Shown piece by piece: positions 1-8,422 of a stretch of 64,000 bases of DNA. The stretch spans positions 10,353-74,352 of IMG/VR virus record IMGVR_UViG_3300024263_000001; one strand, 5' to 3'. Both the position numbers and the translations under genes were made by a program. The DNA is from a virus. Each line of letters begins with the position of its first letter. Position 1 is the first letter of the stretch. The notes beneath the pieces are model-generated. The model saw only the letters and a list, made by a program, of their open reading frames with translations, was not told where the DNA came from and did not search any database.

Positions 1-3000
1 GACGAGGCTACAGATCAGGTTACTCTTCGCTTTTGGGGCGAGGATAGCTACTCCCCCAGAGAAACTCCTCTTGCTACTGGTACGTGGACTTTCCCTCATG
101 GTACTCCCGCAACCGCTAATACCTTGGGGACAGAGGTGGCCCCTCATCAAGTGACGTGGGATACTCCTGGGGTTTATATGGTTCGGCTTGCTATTACTGA
201 TGCTAATGAGGAGGTTTCTTATGGTTATCGCCCCGTATTCATTTTAGACCATGCAGAATGTTCTAGTGGCCTTTATCCAGCAGATGACCTTTTCCCAGCA
301 GAAGATCTCTATCCGATGGGTAATCTTTATTGTTCAACTATGGATGCCCAGGATTTTGAAATTCGTGGGATACGAGGTAATTTCTCTACTGGTGGGTGGA
401 CAGCAAGTATCAGGGTTTTTAGACAGGCAGATGTAGAAGATTTCCCTGAAGGGGCCATGTTAATTATCTTTGCGGAGGATTGGTATGAAGGAGAACAAGT
501 AAGCATAGGAGGGTATGGCCATCGGGAGAATATTGTTTTCGTGGGTTGGATAATAGCCGATTCTGTTCGCAAGGAGCCCATGACTGGGGAAATCACATTC
601 TTGGCCCATACTGTGGACGGAGAACTGCGAAATTGTCCAGCGTTTTCTGTGGGGGTGGAAAGGGTAACAGATACACCAGATAATTGGTTTGAAATCCAAG
701 ACATGACTCTAGACTTATCAGGATTTTATATTGGATATTGGCATTCCACGCTTTATGAAGTGAGTGATGTTCTTGAAAGTGAGGATACCAGAGCAGTTAA
801 ATATATGGACATTCCCCAGTCCAACCTTTATAACCAATTAGATAAAGGCAATTTCGCCGAAACGATTTTTGCTCGCGCTCTCTCTGATCGCCAATCGAGA
901 TTCAAGTATGACGTTAATCCTCAATACCTGGTAGCATCCAAACGAGATGCACTAGATACAATTATGACTATCCAGGATGAGGACTGGCTAGGAAGGGTAG
1001 AAATACAAGAAATTCAGGAGAAACGAATCTCTTGGGTGGATGTATCGGGGGTAAGAGTTGCTCCTTGGGAGAGGAGTTATGGTGTTTATTCTATAGCTCC
1101 AGGGGATGTACCCTCTCCTGATGGTGCTTTCAAACAACTTACCAGGCTAGTGGCGGATGACCAAGCCGATATGAATAGATTGGCGGGGTTTACCTATGCT
1201 AATCTGAATAAGATGCACCCCCAACGAACAAGCGGGCTTTTCCGTGTTAGAGTGCCTCTCATGGGGAATTATCGAGTCTTTGATTTACATCCCCAGGAAT
1301 GGGTCTTATTTCCTTCTCTTGATACTATGCGAGAAGGGTTAGGACCTGGACACGAGACGGGAACTCCCTGGCCTACTGGAACGCGATTTATTCCTAGAAA
1401 TATAGACATTGGATTCCAGAATGAACTTGGCGCTTTCATGGTTACTGCGGATTTGGAGCCTGAAACAACAGGCACTTTGGGGGAATCTGTAACTTGGCCT
1501 GGGCAACCAGGGACGGGGGGGCAAGCAGCCATTGTGTTACAAATGACACAAAACCTGAATGGTACTGGGGACGATATTGATGTAGTTTTCATTAGTGAGG
1601 ATCTCTTTGCTGATAGTCCTACGTGGGCACAGAGACATAATGGGTTGCCCTGGTTTCCAGTCGCGGGGGCTAATTTTGATGTTAATACTTTGAGGATTGA
1701 CCCCTTTAATTCAGGTAAGGATGATGGAGACATTGTAGCACTTCTTGGTCTTCGCACTTCTGCTAATACTTATGCAGGCATCTATCGCAATGCTGATTTA
1801 GGAGATGGTAGTGTCTCTTGGGTGGCAGTATTGACGGGTGCTAATGTGCTAGCTCAATGTTATGCTGGTGCGGGAACTATCAATGACTGGCATGTTATTG
1901 ATATAAGATTTGACCCCACAACTGAAGGATGGGCCTATGCCGTGTTATGGGTTGACCATTCTGGTGATGCGGGACAAGGAAAAATCTGGGGTTTCGAGAC
2001 GTTTGATCACGGGCTAACCTGGACTATGGTAGTTGATATAAGCGTTTCAAGCGGCGGGGCGAGTAACGATATTTATAATGAGCGAGAGAATCTTGAAATT
2101 ATGGCCCCCATAGACCCTAATTATATGTACTTAAAGATCAAACGGGGGGCTAACCACTACTGGCTTAGGTCTGTCAATAAGGGTATGACCTGGGCTGTAA
2201 GGGCGGGAGGCCCTGGTACGAATGACATAAGCCTGCAACCAGGGCAAGGGAGTGATGATGCCTACTATGACCCCGCTGGGAGTGGTTGGTCTCTCACCTA
2301 CCTCAGCCAAATGGGGATGGATCTTCCTGGTAATAAATATTCTTTTGGTATTCGATTCCCTAACGCTGGTCTTACACAAGGAGCCACAATTAACTCCGCT
2401 GTTTGTCATATCAAAGCATTTCCAACTGGACAAATTGCTAATGCACTAACCGTCCGAATTAGAGGAGTTGAGGAAGAGTTTTTGCCAACATTTACCACAC
2501 GAGGGGCGTGGGACGCTTGGGGACGAACCGCCGCTTTCGTAGACTGGTCTCCGCCCAACTGGGCTCCTGGGGTTGTTTATGACACCCCCGATTTAACTGC
2601 AATTATTCAAGAACTTGTCAACCAAGCAGGCTGGGACTCTACTTGTGCAATTGCCCTAGACTTTAAATTAACTGTAAGTCCAATGGTTGTAATGCGAGTG
2701 GCTTATCACTATGAGAGTGTTCCCGCTGATACTCCCATTTTAGACATTAACTATGATTATGCTACTGTAACTGAAGGCCCAAGTAGACCAGTCGCACTTG
2801 ACCCTATCCACGACAGGGAAACTGTGGGGGTCTACTGGTATCAAGCTCCCCCCGAAGCCGAAAGGACGGTGGATGGTTTTGGAAGCACTTATAGTTGGTT
2901 TGGCCCTCTGGGTGCAGGGGATGGGCCAGTATCGGGATTGGTGGCTCTCGGTGCTCATAGCCCGCTCGTTTATATTACGACAGTAGAAGGTGTAGATAAT

Positions 3001-3327
3001 AATCCTGGCCCACAGACATTCCAATCTTATCTCTATGTTAGCCAGGATGGAGAAAACTGGGGGGCTCAGATTCTACTTCCCTGTGCAATTGCTCAATCCT
3101 TCGACGCTTGGCCTTGGATGATAAGCGGCGAGACACTAATGTATCTGGGTAATAGAACAGGTGACTCTGTTGGTACTGTGGATCATGTCCCGCTTCAGTT
3201 CTGGATATCAGAACTAACTGGAGAAGAAAGTTCCTGGATAGATAAGACTGGGAATCTCATTGACCTTTTGGTTGCCTTGAACCGAGGGTATGATCGTCTC
3301 AAGAGAATCAGACCCCTCTACCTGTAA
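1..3327 (+). CDS. Large tail/baseplate-associated protein, 5'-truncated (PKD-like N-terminus, Asp-box beta-propeller, inserted DNRLRE/CBM96-like domain)
   Basis: Frame is open from base 1 (DEATDQVTLRFWGEDSYSP...WTFP, PKD-like). Asp-box motifs TFDHGLTW, SVNKGMTW, SQDGENW. Lies next to tail fibre/spike genes. Confidence 0.7.
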   Translation, partial: DEATDQVTLRFWGEDSYSPRETPLATGTWTFPHGTPATANTLGTEVAPHQVTWDTPGVYMVRLAITDANEEVSYGYRPVFILDHAECSSGLYPADDLFPAEDLYPMGNLYCSTMDAQDFEIRGIRGNFSTGGWTASIRVFRQADVEDFPEGAMLIIFAEDWYEGEQVSIGGYGHRENIVFVGWIIADSVRKEPMTGEITFLAHTVDGELRNCPAFSVGVERVTDTPDNWFEIQDMTLDLSGFYIGYWHSTLYEVSDVLESEDTRAVKYMDIPQSNLYNQLDKGNFAETIFARALSDRQSRFKYDVNPQYLVASKRDALDTIMTIQDEDWLGRVEIQEIQEKRISWVDVSGVRVAPWERSYGVYSIAPGDVPSPDGAFKQLTRLVADDQADMNRLAGFTYANLNKMHPQRTSGLFRVRVPLMGNYRVFDLHPQEWVLFPSLDTMREGLGPGHETGTPWPTGTRFIPRNIDIGFQNELGAFMVTADLEPETTGTLGESVTWPGQPGTGGQAAIVLQMTQNLNGTGDDIDVVFISEDLFADSPTWAQRHNGLPWFPVAGANFDVNTLRIDPFNSGKDDGDIVALLGLRTSANTYAGIYRNADLGDGSVSWVAVLTGANVLAQCYAGAGTINDWHVIDIRFDPTTEGWAYAVLWVDHSGDAGQGKIWGFETFDHGLTWTMVVDISVSSGGASNDIYNERENLEIMAPIDPNYMYLKIKRGANHYWLRSVNKGMTWAVRAGGPGTNDISLQPGQGSDDAYYDPAGSGWSLTYLSQMGMDLPGNKYSFGIRFPNAGLTQGATINSAVCHIKAFPTGQIANALTVRIRGVEEEFLPTFTTRGAWDAWGRTAAFVDWSPPNWAPGVVYDTPDLTAIIQELVNQAGWDSTCAIALDFKLTVSPMVVMRVAYHYESVPADTPILDINYDYATVTEGPSRPVALDPIHDRETVGVYWYQAPPEAERTVDGFGSTYSWFGPLGAGDGPVSGLVALGAHSPLVYITTVEGVDNNPGPQTFQSYLYVSQDGENWGAQILLPCAIAQSFDAWPWMISGETLMYLGNRTGDSVGTVDHVPLQFWISELTGEESSWIDKTGNLIDLLVALNRGYDRLKRIRPLYL

Positions 3328-3339
3328 GGAGAAATAAAA

Positions 3340-3606
3340 GTGGGCGAAAGAGAGAAGGTCGTACGGCTTCTACGGAGGGGGTTAGCCCCCGCATTTAAGG
3401 CCGTTCTGGGGCGCGGAGACGGTGTTGTGGCCGTTCCTGGTAGGCCAGGGTATGTATGGTGTCGCAAATTGGGGAGAACTGAACTTCTGATAATAGCTTA
3501 TAACAGGAGTGGTTCTACTAGTGAGGGAACAACTGTTCTTGTTAAAGAAACTACTCTTGAAGGAGCCACAGGATATGAAGTTATTGATTTATTTGTGGCC
3601 GCATGA
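3340..3606 (+). CDS. Small tail-region protein
   Basis: AAGGAG RBS, GTG start, packed between tail genes. Confidence 0.55.
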   Translation: MGEREKVVRLLRRGLAPAFKAVLGRGDGVVAVPGRPGYVWCRKLGRTELLIIAYNRSGSTSEGTTVLVKETTLEGATGYEVIDLFVAA

Positions 3607-3626
3607 TATAATGAGGAGAGAATATT

Positions 3627-4112
3627 ATGCCCTATCCACGAACCGATTGGACAAACTTAGTACCTCCACCTCTTAGTGCAACCAACCTGGATAAGATAGA
3701 GGCTGGAATCTATCATGCCCTTGCCCATTCTGGTGGAATTAGAAACACGGCGGAATTTTTAGATGAGAACCCTGGTTCCACAACAGGAGGGCTTGCAGAA
3801 GCAATAGCCGATCTTGGAGGTTCCCCTGGTGTTGTTTTTGTAGCTCCCCACAACCATCCGATAGATGTTAATTATGCTGTTCCCGCAACTGTGCATCTCA
3901 TGGTAGGTAGGGGGGGAACTTTTACTATCGCCAATGGAGTAACTCTCACCATCAACGGCACGATTGAGGCGGGGCTGTATCAGATATTTAGTCTCGTTGG
4001 AACTGGAACTGTAGTGTTTGGAACTGGGGTGATTACAGAAGTGTATCCCGAATGGTGGGGGGCCACCGCATCCGCTGGGCTCCAAGAGGGATATGATGCC
4101 TTACCAATATAG
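3627..4112 (+). CDS. Tail fibre/spike N-terminal (attachment) module, apparently truncated
   Basis: MPYPRTDWTN...ATNLDKIEAGI is a typical fibre N-terminus. Ends shortly after VYPEWWGA, the motif that normally precedes a beta-helix. Confidence 0.6.
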   Translation: MPYPRTDWTNLVPPPLSATNLDKIEAGIYHALAHSGGIRNTAEFLDENPGSTTGGLAEAIADLGGSPGVVFVAPHNHPIDVNYAVPATVHLMVGRGGTFTIANGVTLTINGTIEAGLYQIFSLVGTGTVVFGTGVITEVYPEWWGATASAGLQEGYDALPI

Positions 4113-4120
4113 GATGTGAC

Positions 4121-5812
4121 ATGCTCTTAAAATTCAGTAGACCCAAAAAGATATACCTTATACCAGCCGATATGCCTTTGTCGTGGTTCGCCAAGTTGCA
4201 TGGGATGTTGCGGGGCAAATATTACATCAAATGTGATGGGGTTCGTGACGATGTGTTCTTTAACGAGGCTTATGAGTTTCTTCCCAAGAATCCAGGTGGC
4301 GAACTTAACTTGCAGGAAGGGGAATTCCAATTCTCAATCGTTGGTAGCGCAACTGCTCCCTCGTATTCAACGACTAGAGGCAGTGGCCCCAACGCAACCG
4401 TGCGGAGGCCCAATAACAGCACTTATAATGGGCCGCTTATCAAAACCGCCGATGGTGCAACTGGCGTCATCTTCGAGAAATTCTTGCTAGACGGGAATTG
4501 CTTGAATCAAGACAGGGTGGCTTTTCCTAATCAGGGCAACCTTCGGTTTGTAAATGCCACCGATAGTAAGGCTGTAGGGGTTTTCTCTATCGCGGGGACG
4601 AACTATGGAATATATCTTAGCGGTTCTGTGGGTTGCGAGGTTTTACATTGTGTTGGCCATGACCACGCTGGAGATTTTGGGGCGAGTGGTGCCCCAGGTA
4701 TGTTCATAGGCGTCCATCGTGGGTCAGATAATGTCATCGCCAATAATATCTGTCGAGACAACGAGGATGATGGCATTGCCATATCGGAATCGAAGCGATT
4801 TACCGTTGCCAACAATGTCTGTTTCGGCTCGACAGTTGCCAGTGGGATCGAGGTTTATTGCGGCGACCTGAATTACGAGGCTGCCGACGGTGTAATTGAG
4901 GGGAACGATTGCTACGACAATGCAAGGGCTGGGATAGAACTTCTTCACGGCGGGACAGCCCTATATGATAGTATTCATGGGCTTACAATATCGGGCAATA
5001 CTCTTGTAAATAATGGCACGCACGGCCTCTGGGCCAGGGGGGTAAAACTTACCATTGCCAAGAATGTAGTAGCGGCTAACGTAGACAATGGCATCTGCCT
5101 TTTCAACTGCGAAGACACGCCGGTTGAGGGGAATGTCGTGTACGACAATAACACGGGCAACACGGCGGGGTATTCGGGCATTTTTCAATATACCGTTGGC
5201 ATAACTATATACCGCGTAAGCATTCAAGGAAACACGATCACCAACGCGGCGCCTGGCCGTCAGAAATACGGCATAAATATCGCCGATGCTGGTTGTGCGG
5301 ACACCGTGATCGGCCCCAATACTTTTAATGGGAACGAAACCGCGCCTATCAATGATGCTGGCACGCGGACGAAATTTGTTCCGACGGGCCAATGTGCTCG
5401 AGTTTACCACGATGCTGACCAATTGATTGCCAATGGTGCCTGGACGGTTCTGAATTTTAATTCAGAACGGTTTGATAACGACGACATTCATGATACTGTC
5501 GTTAATAATAATAGGTTGACTTGCAAAACTGCTGGGATATATGAGATTACTGCCCAAGTTCAGTTTGCAACCAATGGGGCCGGGGAGCGGTTCTATATGA
5601 TTCGACTTAATGGCGCAATTGTAATAGCAGATACCAAGCATAAAGCGATATCAACTGTTGCTACTCAGACTGGGATGACCCTTACGACACTGTATCAATT
5701 ATCAGTCAATGATTGGGTAGAGGTATTAGTCTATCAAAACAGTGGTGGCGCACTTAATGTTGTAACGCTGGCTAACTATAGTCCAGAATTCATGATGGTA
5801 AGGGCAGCATGA
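4121..5812 (+). CDS. Tailspike/depolymerase: right-handed parallel beta-helix with C-terminal C1q-like domain
   Basis: CDGVRDD motif, repeated I.GN....N...GI units, C-terminal VLNFNSERFDND...AGIYEITAQVQF. Confidence 0.8.
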   Translation: MLLKFSRPKKIYLIPADMPLSWFAKLHGMLRGKYYIKCDGVRDDVFFNEAYEFLPKNPGGELNLQEGEFQFSIVGSATAPSYSTTRGSGPNATVRRPNNSTYNGPLIKTADGATGVIFEKFLLDGNCLNQDRVAFPNQGNLRFVNATDSKAVGVFSIAGTNYGIYLSGSVGCEVLHCVGHDHAGDFGASGAPGMFIGVHRGSDNVIANNICRDNEDDGIAISESKRFTVANNVCFGSTVASGIEVYCGDLNYEAADGVIEGNDCYDNARAGIELLHGGTALYDSIHGLTISGNTLVNNGTHGLWARGVKLTIAKNVVAANVDNGICLFNCEDTPVEGNVVYDNNTGNTAGYSGIFQYTVGITIYRVSIQGNTITNAAPGRQKYGINIADAGCADTVIGPNTFNGNETAPINDAGTRTKFVPTGQCARVYHDADQLIANGAWTVLNFNSERFDNDDIHDTVVNNNRLTCKTAGIYEITAQVQFATNGAGERFYMIRLNGAIVIADTKHKAISTVATQTGMTLTTLYQLSVNDWVEVLVYQNSGGALNVVTLANYSPEFMMVRAA

Positions 5813-5886
5813 CTTTCAAAGAAGACATCGAAGAGGGATGAACAATGAGCAAATATAGCAAAATGATAGTCAGGATAGACGATTAG

Positions 5887-6116
5887 ATGGATGAAACGAA
5901 GATTCACCAAGACTGTATCATAGTGAGGATTTCAAAGCGGGACATAACGTCATAATAGATGAGGGATGCGTCATAGGAAATAACGTGATGATTGATTCCA
6001 ATTCCTGCTTGGCCAGAAGAACGATAGTGGGAGATGGGACTTTCAAGAAAGACACCAAAGGGAGAAACCTTAAAATTTGTAATTACTGCTTGCAATTCCT
6101 TTTCATTGTGGTATAA
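5887..6116 (+). pseudogene. Frameshifted remnant of a hexapeptide-repeat (left-handed beta-helix) acetyltransferase
   Basis: MDETKIHQDCII (from 5887), then in a shifted frame EDFKAGHNVIIDEGCVIGNNVMIDSNSCLARRTIVGDG (from 5925). Confidence 0.6.
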
Positions 6117-6117
6117 T
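6066..6117 (+). promoter_or_regulatory. Sigma70-type promoter with upstream AACCTTAAAATT box (copy 1)
   Basis: AACCTTAAAATT 6066-6077, TTGCAA 6090-6095, TATAAT 6112-6117. Confidence 0.7.
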
Positions 6118-6137
6118 AGTACCTGGAGAACAACCTC

Positions 6138-6371
6138 GTGAGGAACGAAGAAGTCGTTAAACTAATCCAAGAGTATCACGAGACACGTATTGAGAACCTG
6201 GAAGGCCATGTTGATACCTTAAACAAAGAAGTGGGTAGAATTGACGGTAAGATTGATGGGTTATGTAAAGTAATTGATAACAATAACTTCTGGCTCAAGG
6301 TAATTGGCATTGGCACACCAGGAACTACATTTGTGTTGTGGATAATAATCCAGTTGATGGAAAGATATTAG
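6138..6371 (+). CDS. Coiled-coil plus single TM protein (XhlA/holin-like)
   Basis: Heptad coiled coil then a C-terminal hydrophobic helix; lysis-region context. Confidence 0.55.
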   Translation: MRNEEVVKLIQEYHETRIENLEGHVDTLNKEVGRIDGKIDGLCKVIDNNNFWLKVIGIGTPGTTFVLWIIIQLMERY

Positions 6372-6381
6372 GAGGAAAAAT

Positions 6382-7284
6382 TTGGTTCGACACACTCCCG
6401 TAAGAGGTGTCGTTTTCTCAGATACCCATTGCGGAAGCATTCTTGGCTTATTGCCGCCCTCCTACAAAGTCCCCGATCCGCAGTCCCTCAATCTCAATGA
6501 CGCCGAATATGAACATATCTGTCGACGAACCTTGTTAAATAAAGGTCAAGCCTATCTCTGGAAGTGCTGGGAAGATGAATGGGATTGGCTACCAGAGAAG
6601 AAATTAAACTTTGCTGTCCTCAATGGAGATGGTCTTCAGGGACCAGCAAAGAGAAATTCCAACGGTCTCTTTGGCCTTGTAAGCCCTAGACCTAGTGTGC
6701 AGGCTTCAATCCTAGAACAAGTAATTGTTCCTATCAGACATCGTTTTGAGGATTTCCATATTGTCGCTGGGACTGAATGGCACGAGGGCGAGTACGGTGA
6801 ATGGTTAGCCCAACTAGCAGAGAAAACAACTATAGATGCAACGCCCTACCCATCTGGAAGGCTCGTGGAGGATATGTTATTCCTAGATTGGGAGGGTGTC
6901 CTTTTAGATATTGGGCATGATATCTCTTACTTTATGATTTATCGAGGGACTCCCCTCGAACGAGAGATGAACTTCGCTCGCATAGATGAAGCTCTCGTGG
7001 AGGGAGCCCCAGACGCTATTATCAGAAGTCACATCCACACTTGGAACCTCTACAGAAATAGACATGGATGGTCACTTACAACCCCAGGACACATGCTTTC
7101 CATTAGACATGCTAGGAAGAGAACTAAAGCAAGAGGCCGAATAAACGACATTGGTCTGGTTTACCTTGAGATATACCCAGAGTTAAAGGGGAAGGAAGAT
7201 GATTATATAGTTGTGAAAGTGCGTAGATATAACCATCCCAAATACAAAGCAATAAGGAGGGAAAGGGAGGTACCTCGTGGTTAA
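6382..7284 (+). CDS. Calcineurin-like metallophosphoesterase
   Basis: DTHCG, NGD, GTEWH, GHD and SHIH motifs. The annotated start overlaps the RBS region, so the exact start is uncertain. Confidence 0.75.
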   Translation: MVRHTPVRGVVFSDTHCGSILGLLPPSYKVPDPQSLNLNDAEYEHICRRTLLNKGQAYLWKCWEDEWDWLPEKKLNFAVLNGDGLQGPAKRNSNGLFGLVSPRPSVQASILEQVIVPIRHRFEDFHIVAGTEWHEGEYGEWLAQLAEKTTIDATPYPSGRLVEDMLFLDWEGVLLDIGHDISYFMIYRGTPLEREMNFARIDEALVEGAPDAIIRSHIHTWNLYRNRHGWSLTTPGHMLSIRHARKRTKARGRINDIGLVYLEIYPELKGKEDDYIVVKVRRYNHPKYKAIRREREVPRG

Positions 7285-7549
7285 ACCACAACCTGACTTT
7301 GCTCTTGATGAACTCGTTAAAACGCTTGAGGAATTGACAGAGGAGGAAGAAGACAGTCAAGGATTCTTCACTACTACAGAGATTTGTGAGAAAATGGGAT
7401 ATGGACGGGAAAAGGTTAGATGGTTATGGAATAAAGCGAGAAAGGAGGGAAGATTGGTAATAGGATCAAAGAGAGTTCGATTTATAGACAATAGAGTATG
7501 TGATATAACCGCTTATAAAATAAAACCTAAAGAGGAGGAAAGGAAATGA
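7277..7549 (+). CDS. Small winged-HTH-like protein
   Basis: FTTTEICEKMGYGREKVR helix-turn-helix pattern. Confidence 0.5.
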   Translation: MVKPQPDFALDELVKTLEELTEEEEDSQGFFTTTEICEKMGYGREKVRWLWNKARKEGRLVIGSKRVRFIDNRVCDITAYKIKPKEEERK

Positions 7550-7809
7550 GTAGCGATCTGGTTATCTTTGGTGTTGCAGTCCCAGTCCTAATCATGGCAC
7601 TTGTGCAATTTGCCAAGATTCTGGGCCTAGAGGACGATAAGAAAAAGGCTGTGTTGTCTGTTGGGTTGGGAGCCGTAATTGGGTTAGGGGCATATCTCCT
7701 ATCCATTTTCCCAGAAGCCAAGCCGTTGGTGGAATCCATATTCTGGGGTCTCATCGCTGGGTTGACCGCAGGCGGACTCTATACTGCCCAAAAAGTTTTA
7801 CGAAGTTAA
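7546..7809 (+). CDS. Holin
   Basis: 87 aa, three hydrophobic helices, GLIAGLTAGGLY motif. Confidence 0.75.
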   Translation: MSSDLVIFGVAVPVLIMALVQFAKILGLEDDKKKAVLSVGLGAVIGLGAYLLSIFPEAKPLVESIFWGLIAGLTAGGLYTAQKVLRS

Positions 7810-7824
7810 TCCACCGAGACCGAA

Positions 7825-8319
7825 ATGGAAAGTTTGCCCGAATATGAAGATGCAGAATGGTTGCGTCAGAAATACTGGGGTGAAGAATTAACTCTTGCAC
7901 AAATGGCAACCATTGTCGGCGTTGATCCCAACACCGTTCTAAACTGGATGATTAAACATAATATCTCTAGGCGTTCAAAAAGTGAGGGGCGGCGGGGCGA
8001 CAAAAACTCAAACTGGAAAGGCGGACGACGGAAGAGCCAAGGTTATATTCTCATCTACGCTCCAGATCATGTCAACTCAGATAAGAGAAATTACATTCTT
8101 GAACATCGCTTGGTTATGGCAAATCATCTGGGTCGCCCCCTGGAATCCTGGGAGATTGTGCATCACAAGAACGGGATCAAGGACGATAATAGAATTGAGA
8201 ACCTAGTGCTATTGCCCCAGCAAGCGGAGCACCGAAGTCTACAAGCACTTGCAGTAGAAAATCGCAGATTGCAATCGGCTCTCAATTGGTTCATAGCTTT
8301 ATGGTTATTTAACCATTAA
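7825..8319 (+). CDS. Free-standing HNH homing endonuclease
   Basis: [32 protein letters not shown]; N-terminal HTH (WLRQKYW). Confidence 0.9.
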   Translation: MESLPEYEDAEWLRQKYWGEELTLAQMATIVGVDPNTVLNWMIKHNISRRSKSEGRRGDKNSNWKGGRRKSQGYILIYAPDHVNSDKRNYILEHRLVMANHLGRPLESWEIVHHKNGIKDDNRIENLVLLPQQAEHRSLQALAVENRRLQSALNWFIALWLFNH

Positions 8320-8362
8320 CTTGGTGGCCTTCGGGTCATCGTGGTTCACCTCCTTTTTGTCG

Positions 8363-8404
8363 CAAAGAACCCTCTCATTATCTAATTATCAGGAGGGTTC
8401 TTTG
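8363..8404. terminator. Hairpin between convergent gene blocks, probable bidirectional terminator
   Basis: 12-bp perfect inverted repeat CAAAGAACCCTC / GAGGGTTCTTTG. Confidence 0.65.
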
Positions 8405-8422
8405 TTTACTATAAGTATTGAA

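Noticed and set aside
4121-5812. Diversity-generating retroelement target
   Set aside because: No reverse transcriptase and no template/variable repeat pair seen in the window.
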